The notes under the pieces: model-generated | What the model was told of the DNA's origin: nothing | The model's database searches: none | The model's input: only the letters and a program-made list of their open reading frames with translations | DNA from: an uncultured virus (IMG/VR IMGVR_UViG_3300020194_001970) | Lineage: Duplodnaviria; Heunggongvirae; Uroviricota; Caudoviricetes | Strand: one strand, 5' to 3' | DNA: 64,000 bases | Virus record (IMG/VR): IMGVR_UViG_3300020194_001970 | Translations under genes and position numbers: made by a program | Shown: piece by piece, positions 57,999-64,000 of the stretch | Position numbering within the stretch: position 1 is the first letter of the stretch | How the letters are laid out: each line of letters opens with the position of its first letter

Positions 57999-59003
57999 TT
58001 ATTTTGTTTTGTGTCCGCTTAATTCCATTAAATCTTGCATAGAAAGTGAGCCGCCTTTTTTTTCGGCAGCTTCATGCAAAGACATTCTTGCCCCAGAATT
58101 TGGTTTTTCAAGCCCCGCATATTCATAGTCTTCTTGAGTTGCTCCAAACAATGTAGTTCCATCTTTATCTGAAGATAGTTGTTTTTGCATTTTCTCTTTA
58201 GCTTCATCACTAATGCTACCATAATCCAATAAAGCTTGCGGATCTTTCTTTATTTTTTCTGGAATATGGCTGTTATTCTCAAATATATTTTTAAAAATTT
58301 TAGTATAAACAATTAACTTCAATTGGTTATATGTTAAATGACAAACTGGATTACCAAAAAAACCAACTGTATCATCGCTAAATGGAAAATAAATATAGTA
58401 AAAATCTTGAAGAATCATTTCTTGTATTTTTAATTCTTCAAACATTTTAAATGTATCATTGTAGACTTGAATAAATTTAACTATATCTTCAGAGTATAAT
58501 TCATCAAAATCTTCTTCATTAGGAAAAACAGCAGATTTTAATTCTCGATCATTAAAAAAACTTTTAATAACATAATGATCATTTGATCTTTTTTCGGAAT
58601 AACTTTCAGCATTAACACCAACTAATGAATGCCTTTTTTCTTTTAACTCATTAATTTTTTTACGAGTTTCTTGAATAGTTTCATTTTGTTTGTCTATTTG
58701 AGATTTTAGAATTAATTCAGTTTTAGTTTTTTGGAGCTGCTCAATAAACTTTTCTTGCTTGATGATTTCATTTTCGTCTTTGTCCGACCAAATTCCTTGA
58801 GAATTTAGTTCTTTTAAAACTTCTTTTTCTGTGGGTATACCTCTGTTAATCGCAGATTTAAGATGCTTTTCTTTAATTTCATCAATATCTACTTGATCAA
58901 GAGCACTTAAGTGTTTGATGTAGAATTTAGTTTCGTCTATTGAAACTTCTGAATATCCTACAACAATATCTCGAAAGATTTTCCTGTAAGATGATATATC
59001 CAC
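57999..59003 (-). CDS. Putative tail assembly chaperone
   Basis: Directly upstream of the TMP; helical and charged. Confidence 0.45.
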   Translation of the reverse strand: MDISSYRKIFRDIVVGYSEVSIDETKFYIKHLSALDQVDIDEIKEKHLKSAINRGIPTEKEVLKELNSQGIWSDKDENEIIKQEKFIEQLQKTKTELILKSQIDKQNETIQETRKKINELKEKRHSLVGVNAESYSEKRSNDHYVIKSFFNDRELKSAVFPNEEDFDELYSEDIVKFIQVYNDTFKMFEELKIQEMILQDFYYIYFPFSDDTVGFFGNPVCHLTYNQLKLIVYTKIFKNIFENNSHIPEKIKKDPQALLDYGSISDEAKEKMQKQLSSDKDGTTLFGATQEDYEYAGLEKPNSGARMSLHEAAEKKGGSLSMQDLMELSGHKTK

Positions 59004-59004
59004 A

Positions 59005-59853
59005 TTACAGGGTACCTTCTTCTATATCTTTCTCTAAATCCTTGAAATCTTCTTCTGAAGAAGAGCTGCTGAAATACCAAAAACTAACAAAAGCAGTCAG
59101 TTTGTCGTAAACAATTGAGAGTAGATCATTTTCCTCTTCTTCCAGTTGGTAAAAGAATTCTTTTTTCTCATTGAAATCTGCTCCTTCAAAATATGGAACA
59201 AGCTTGTCATCTTTTTCAATGTATGATAAATTTAATAAATACCAGGTAATTACTTTGTTTTGAGCTCGACTATCAGCGGTATGATTCAGGAGGGCGCTGA
59301 AGTTAGTTTCAGCTGTGGCAATAGCTTTACGTAATGTTGCCATTTGTTCAGAAACTTTTTTTCTTTTTTCTTCATTGCTTGGATTTTGAGCCTGCATATT
59401 TAATTGAGTGAACTCGGTTTGCATTTCACCCAATTTACCATAAAGCTCTTTCAGCTTTTCTGCATCAGACTCACTAAGCATTCCGCCTGTATCAGAATAC
59501 TTATTCATTAACATAGCTTTAGTGAGAACTCCTTGCTTGACACATTTACTCATTTCAATGCTATATTCCATGTCGGCCTCCTCCATTTGGCGGCGGGTGG
59601 GCTGTTTGATTACGAATGTATGTTCAACCTTATTTGTTTCAGTACGTTTTTCTTTAACGATCTGTTTTTCTTTAATCTTTCGTTTTTCTTTATCTTTATA
59701 TTTTTCTTCGGTACCGTCTTCTTTTTGACGAGTTTTTTCTACCTCGATTTCTTTTTCGACTTCAATTTCTTTTTCGACATCGACTTCTTTTTCTTCTTCG
59801 ACATCTTGAAAGACTTTAAAACGATATATTTCTTTATTTGTTTTTGTATACAT
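59005..59853 (-). CDS. Putative tail assembly chaperone
   Basis: Start moved to ATG 59853 (MYTK), preceded by AAAGGAACAAGG; IKQPTRRQ.EEAD motif; second gene upstream of the TMP. Confidence 0.45.
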   Translation of the reverse strand: MYTKTNKEIYRFKVFQDVEEEKEVDVEKEIEVEKEIEVEKTRQKEDGTEEKYKDKEKRKIKEKQIVKEKRTETNKVEHTFVIKQPTRRQMEEADMEYSIEMSKCVKQGVLTKAMLMNKYSDTGGMLSESDAEKLKELYGKLGEMQTEFTQLNMQAQNPSNEEKRKKVSEQMATLRKAIATAETNFSALLNHTADSRAQNKVITWYLLNLSYIEKDDKLVPYFEGADFNEKKEFFYQLEEEENDLLSIVYDKLTAFVSFWYFSSSSSEEDFKDLEKDIEEGTL

Positions 59854-59887
59854 TACCTTGTTCCTTTGGTTGTTAAATATTATAAAT

Positions 59888-60172
59888 TTATTTGAAATTA
59901 AATTCAACAATAAATTTTTCTAAATCATTTTCAGACCCTCTGATTGATTCGTTTCCCATATCTAGTATTTTTTTGCGAAGATATTGCATTTTTTCTTCAT
60001 CAAAGTAATTAGCTTGATTTAATAGATTAGTATGCTCTGGGAGAGATTTTTTTAATTTATGAAAACAGATTTGGTTTTCTGTATATAGGTCTTCCATTAG
60101 AACCAAGAAGTTTTTAAATAAACTTTTAGTGCTACCATTAAACCTGTCCGAAAGAAAATCTTTAGCTTCCAT
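59888..60172 (-). CDS. Hypothetical small helical protein
   Basis: Start moved to ATG 60172 (MEAKD), preceded by AAAAGG; first gene of the minus-strand run. Confidence 0.55.
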   Translation of the reverse strand: MEAKDFLSDRFNGSTKSLFKNFLVLMEDLYTENQICFHKLKKSLPEHTNLLNQANYFDEEKMQYLRKKILDMGNESIRGSENDLEKFIVEFNFK

Positions 60173-60194
60173 AAAACCTTTTACCAACAAATAG

Positions 60195-60219
60195 TACACA
60201 AATTATTGGTTTACGTGTA
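60195..60219. promoter_or_regulatory. Divergent pair of GTGTA motifs (TACAC-N15-GTGTA)
   Basis: TACAC 60195-60199 and GTGTA 60215-60219 in the gap between divergent genes. Confidence 0.6.
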
Positions 60220-60228
60220 AAAAAAAGC

Positions 60229-60687
60229 ATGGGTTCATTAATTAGTGATAGTGATAAAGAGAGGTTTCAGTCTGTATTTGAAGATATACATGATACATTT
60301 GCGCGTGATATTAAATTTATTCAGGATGCAAAAAGAGTAATTTTAAGTACAGACCCAAATTATAATTATCTTTATAATAATGTTAGAGGTCAAGTTGCTT
60401 CTGTTAAGTATAAGATTACAGAAAAAGTATTTAAAGCTAGGATTTTATATATAGGAAGACAAAATGAAGATGTTTTTGATGCTGAAGCTGGAGCTCAAAT
60501 TAAGGTCGATAAACATGTTGGAGAGGTTAGAATTAAGGTGGATTCGATTGGATATAAATACTTAAAAGACACTAAACGCTGTGAGTTTGATGGTAGGAAG
60601 TTTTCGATCATTAGTGATGAAATACCTCATGGGTTATTCACTCCTCATTTTTATACATTCTATTTAAAACCAGTAGACGAGGGTTAA
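60229..60687 (+). CDS. Putative head closure/stopper protein
   Basis: 152 aa: N-terminal helix, then beta-barrel-like pattern (F.ARI.Y, VRIKV, FDG..F.I, FY.FYL). Confidence 0.4.
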   Translation: MGSLISDSDKERFQSVFEDIHDTFARDIKFIQDAKRVILSTDPNYNYLYNNVRGQVASVKYKITEKVFKARILYIGRQNEDVFDAEAGAQIKVDKHVGEVRIKVDSIGYKYLKDTKRCEFDGRKFSIISDEIPHGLFTPHFYTFYLKPVDEG

Positions 60688-60688
60688 A

Positions 60689-61291
60689 ATGTTTGCACAA
60701 AAACCAAACAAGAATAAAATCAGGGCATTAATTGATCTTAGGAGATCGCCTGAATATATTTTGGGTGTTAAAAAAATCATAAATCAAGAGTTTGATGCAA
60801 TTAAAAATAATTTTATATCTGAATTTAACAACCATCCTGTGACCAGAGAAATAGAAGCGGGAGTAGGATCTGCTAATATATCTGGAACGCTAGGTGGATA
60901 CGGAAATCTTTTTTCTTATATAGGTTTTAGTGCAGGTGATAAACCAATTCAAAATATTAGAAATAAATTTAATGAAATATTTATAACAAATGTAAATATA
61001 AAAAAAGATGGTTCGTCTATTGTTTTTGTCTCTTACCCTCAACCAAAAGATATTTTTGCAGTTACCCCATTACCTTGGGCAGAGGGAAGAAGTTGGGCAG
61101 AGGGTATAGAGCTGGGTCTTCCTGGATTTGGTTCTTACTTAAATACTGAAACTTCAAAAAGTAGGTCTGGACAAGGTATTCAAATAAAAAATAGTGTAAG
61201 AAGGGGTAAATTTCAAAATACATCTTATATAACAAAGTTAATTAGAAATTTTGAAAAACAAATTATCAATTTAAACAGAAGTACATTTTAA
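60689..61291 (+). CDS. Putative neck/tail-completion protein
   Basis: Basic 200-aa protein (WA.GIE.G, F.N..YI) between stopper-like and terminator-like genes. Confidence 0.35.
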   Translation: MFAQKPNKNKIRALIDLRRSPEYILGVKKIINQEFDAIKNNFISEFNNHPVTREIEAGVGSANISGTLGGYGNLFSYIGFSAGDKPIQNIRNKFNEIFITNVNIKKDGSSIVFVSYPQPKDIFAVTPLPWAEGRSWAEGIELGLPGFGSYLNTETSKSRSGQGIQIKNSVRRGKFQNTSYITKLIRNFEKQIINLNRSTF

Positions 61292-62388
61292 TGAAGCCGC
61301 AATTCCAACATCAAATTATAACCAGCTTCGCACTTTGGATTGATCATATTATTTTACAGAGAGGGGAAGCTTTTCAAAATATAGATGCTTCGTTTTATCT
61401 TCAAGATGACCCTAGACTAGATCCCGAATTTATATCTTTCGCGTCTCCACACAAACAGTGGGTTACGGATTCTTCAATTAAAGGCGCTGAAGTTATTAAA
61501 GGAATAACTCTGGATGGACAATATATCGAAAAAAATAAAGAAGGTATTAGATATGACTATAACAATGGAAGAGTAGTTATTCCACGTTTAATAGCAAATG
61601 AATCTTCAAGAGTTGAAGGTGTATACTCTGTTAAAGATTTTAATATTTATATAACAGATCAAACTGAAGAAGAATTATTAATTGAAACTAAATTTGATAA
61701 AAATAGTAGATTCGACCAGGAAGTTGATGGAGGTGTTAAGCCTTATGACCAGGTAGTACCCGCAATATTTGTTTCTTACGAAGAAGGATTTAATGCTCCA
61801 TTTGCTTTTGGTGGTGAAGATACAACTAACTCTATGATTCGATGTGTTGTTTTTTCAGAAAGCTCATACCAGTTAGATGGAGTTTTTTCCATATTAAAAG
61901 ATTTAAATAATATTGCTATATCGAACGTAGGATTTGATGAACATCCATTGAATGAATTTGGGGACTTGAAGTATGGAATTTATGACTATAAAGACTTAAG
62001 TGATAGATATTATAATATAAAAAATAGCCAAAGCATATTTCATGTAAATCAAGTTACTGTTTCAAAACTGAATGATAAAGTAGCTAAAAAAAGCCACCCT
62101 GGATTATATATAGGGTTCGTTGATTTTAAAATTAATAGTTATAGGTTTCCTCGAGCCGAGCTTGTTGAGCCTGTTGCTATTAGACCTCCAAATGTACCGC
62201 TGGCGCCTGTGTCTCCGTTTAATTTGCAGCTGGCACCACAGCTACCTTTAAGCCCTGAAAAATTAACGTTAAACGATAAGCCATTGGCTCCAGAAAAACT
62301 AATATTAAACCAAGAGCCTTTAGCTCCTGAGTCCTTAAAATTTAACGAAAAACCATTGTCTCCCGAGAGATTAACTTTAGTAGAATAA
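61291..62388 (+). CDS. Putative tail terminator/neck protein with C-terminal PxxPxxLxL repeats
   Basis: PAIFV.....N.PFAFGG.D.....IRCVV; ends in five 12-13-aa repeats. Confidence 0.4.
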   Translation: MKPQFQHQIITSFALWIDHIILQRGEAFQNIDASFYLQDDPRLDPEFISFASPHKQWVTDSSIKGAEVIKGITLDGQYIEKNKEGIRYDYNNGRVVIPRLIANESSRVEGVYSVKDFNIYITDQTEEELLIETKFDKNSRFDQEVDGGVKPYDQVVPAIFVSYEEGFNAPFAFGGEDTTNSMIRCVVFSESSYQLDGVFSILKDLNNIAISNVGFDEHPLNEFGDLKYGIYDYKDLSDRYYNIKNSQSIFHVNQVTVSKLNDKVAKKSHPGLYIGFVDFKINSYRFPRAELVEPVAIRPPNVPLAPVSPFNLQLAPQLPLSPEKLTLNDKPLAPEKLILNQEPLAPESLKFNEKPLSPERLTLVE

Positions 62389-62414
62389 AAAAATATATAT
62401 TTTATTATAAATAA

Positions 62415-62419
62415 GTGTA
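62415..62419 (+). promoter_or_regulatory. GTGTA motif, 14 nt before ATG
   Basis: ataaGTGTAactattaaaatatcATG. Confidence 0.5.
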
Positions 62420-62433
62420 ACTATTAAAATATC

Positions 62434-64000
62434 ATGGAAGAAGAGCCAAAAAGTACGAATTTTAAAGTAATATATAGATTTGAGCATGTCAATAAATTTC
62501 CTCATTTAGCGGATTATTACAATATATATAGACAAGATGGGGATAGCCAATTCGTTCATATAGATACTATACAAGCTACAGGATTATCAGAAGACGATCA
62601 ACCTCTAGAGATTACAGGTTTTGATATTGTTCCAAATTGTGGTGTTACTTATAATTATAAAGTTAGCGCTTATAATGATCGCGGTGAAATTGATTGTATT
62701 AATCCAACTTTTTCTGGAGTTGATTTTATATGTCCAACAGCAAGCCCAACTCCTACTCCAACTAATACGATTACCCCTACTCCCAGTGCATCTGTTACTC
62801 CTAGTGCATCTATTACTCCTTCTGTTACCCCAACAAGCACTGTTACTCCAACAAGCACAGTTACCCCAACAAGCACAGTTACCCCAACAAGCACATTAAC
62901 ACCAACTAATACGGTTACTCCAACAATCAGCCAAACACCAGCAGCTTCACAATCACCTACTCCGACAGCGACACCGACCAATACAATAACACCAACTACC
63001 ACAGTTACTCCAAGTGTTACCCCAACGAATACGGTAACTCCAACAAATAGCCAAACACCAGCAGCTTCACGATCACCTACTCCTACAGCTACACCAACCA
63101 ATACAGTAACGCCAACTAATACGGTTACTCCAAGTGTTACTCCAAGTATTACAGTTACTCCAACAAGTAGTCAAACACCAGCAGCTTCACAATCACCTAC
63201 TCCGACAGTGACACCAACCAATACAGTAACACCAACTAATACAGTTACTCCAAGTGTTACTCCAAGTGTTACCCCAACGAATACGGTAACTCCAACAAGC
63301 AGTCAAACACCAGGAGCTTCACGATCACCTACTCCGACAGCGACACCAACCAATACAGTAACGCCAACTAATACAGTTACTCCAAGTGTTACTCCAACTA
63401 ATACAGTGACTCCGACAAGTAGTCAAACACCGCCAGCTTCACAATCACCTACTCCGACAGCGACACCAACCAATACAGTAACGCCAACCAATACGGTTAC
63501 TCCAAGTGTTACTCCAAGTATTACAGTTACTCCAACAAGTAGTCAAACACCGCCAGCTTCACAATCACCTACTCCGACAGCGACACCAACTAACACTGCA
63601 ACTCCTACTCTTACTCCTACCCCATCAACTTCACCGCCAGAAGCTCAAGGGCCTCAGCAATTTGTAATAGAAATAGATAAAGGTAGTGACACATTCGGAA
63701 ACGTAGCTAGAGCTGCAACGAATACAACTTTAACAAATACAACATCATCATCTAATTTAAGCTGGGCGAATGCACCACAAGGAGCGACAAGCTTGAGTTT
63801 GATTGGTTTTAGTGACGGAGGATCATGGAATACTACAAATTTCACATTCTCTCCAAATACTGAAGGTAAAGCTGAATCTCTATTTGGAGGTTTTGCGGCA
63901 GAAGGTTCAACTTTCTTTAATCAGCCTGCTTGGGCGCAAAGAAAGGTTGATGCTTCCCCCCAAGGATTTAATCTTTTGACTCCAGATTCAACATCTACAT
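62434..64000 (+). CDS. FN3-like domain + long Thr/Pro stalk protein (3' truncated; absent from the ORF track)
   Basis: ATG 62434 opens a frame that I read as open to the window end: MEEEPKSTNFKVIY...YYNIYR...GVTYNYKVSAYN..GE, then about 300 aa of T/P/S repeats. Confidence 0.8.
   Translation, partial: MEEEPKSTNFKVIYRFEHVNKFPHLADYYNIYRQDGDSQFVHIDTIQATGLSEDDQPLEITGFDIVPNCGVTYNYKVSAYNDRGEIDCINPTFSGVDFICPTASPTPTPTNTITPTPSASVTPSASITPSVTPTSTVTPTSTVTPTSTVTPTSTLTPTNTVTPTISQTPAASQSPTPTATPTNTITPTTTVTPSVTPTNTVTPTNSQTPAASRSPTPTATPTNTVTPTNTVTPSVTPSITVTPTSSQTPAASQSPTPTVTPTNTVTPTNTVTPSVTPSVTPTNTVTPTSSQTPGASRSPTPTATPTNTVTPTNTVTPSVTPTNTVTPTSSQTPPASQSPTPTATPTNTVTPTNTVTPSVTPSITVTPTSSQTPPASQSPTPTATPTNTATPTLTPTPSTSPPEAQGPQQFVIEIDKGSDTFGNVARAATNTTLTNTTSSSNLSWANAPQGATSLSLIGFSDGGSWNTTNFTFSPNTEGKAESLFGGFAAEGSTFFNQPAWAQRKVDASPQGFNLLTPDSTST
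62734..63640 (+). repeat. Thr/Pro-rich tract with ~120-bp higher-order repeats
   Basis: SQTP(A/G/P)AS(Q/R)SPTPT units near 62932, 63052, 63172, 63304, 63424 and 63544. Confidence 0.9.

Larger units (their letters stand above)
1..64000. mobile_element. Segment of a large tailed bacteriophage genome (virion morphogenesis region)
   Basis: Terminase-portal-protease-capsid order, TP901-type tape measure protein, lambda M/L/K/I/J-like tail tip genes, no host housekeeping genes, very short intergenic spaces. Confidence 0.95.

Noticed and set aside
58995..59040. Programmed frameshift between the two putative tail chaperone genes (lambda G/GT style)
   Set aside because: No X XXY YYZ slippery heptamer near the junction. 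The downstream frame has a TAG a few codons upstream and has its own GTG with AGAAGG ahead of it.
4772..62419. GTGTA as merely part of a host sigma70 -10 box or a Shine-Dalgarno variant
   Set aside because: Most sites lack the final T of TAnnnT, and sites farther from the start carry a separate AAGG RBS. Not fully excluded without transcript mapping.
1..64000. Alternative genetic code or stop-codon reassignment
   Set aside because: Standard-code ORFs tile the window almost completely, and TAA, TAG and TGA all end genes at sensible boundaries.
1..64000. tRNA, rRNA or structured ncRNA genes
   Set aside because: Intergenic gaps are very short (the longest about 100 bp and occupied by a terminator), and no cloverleaf or rRNA-like sequence was recognised.

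Overview
The window is a densely coding, AT-rich segment of a large tailed-phage genome. It is most likely a long-tailed siphovirus with a lambda-type tail tip; the host cannot be determined from this sequence. Layout: (1) 1-12003 (+), five paralogous mix-and-match fibre/receptor-binding genes with RCC1, FG-GAP-like propeller and LamG payloads. (2) 12021-24510 (+), putative holin, Zn-ribbon protein, phage sigma factor, ERCC4 nuclease, terminase, portal, protease/scaffold, decoration protein, major capsid protein and neck genes. (3) 24507-60172 (-), J-domain protein, two coiled-coil fibres, a glycosyltransferase island, a 3777-aa gpI-gpJ tail-tip fusion, gpK/L/M-like genes, tube-fold proteins, a 3005-aa tape measure protein (TMP) and tail chaperones. 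(4) 60229-64000 (+), neck/tail-completion genes and a Thr/Pro-rich protein running off the end. Strongest leads: a TMP built as a polyprotein in which six G(F/Y)(I/V)PNF motifs delimit cargo domains, two of them restriction-nuclease-like; a probable virion glycosylation system; a GTGTA promoter-like motif usually 9-10 nt before start codons, probably read by the phage sigma factor, with an RBS-occluding hairpin on the TMP gene; and a recombination-prone fibre cassette array. All product calls come from reading motifs by eye, without database searches.
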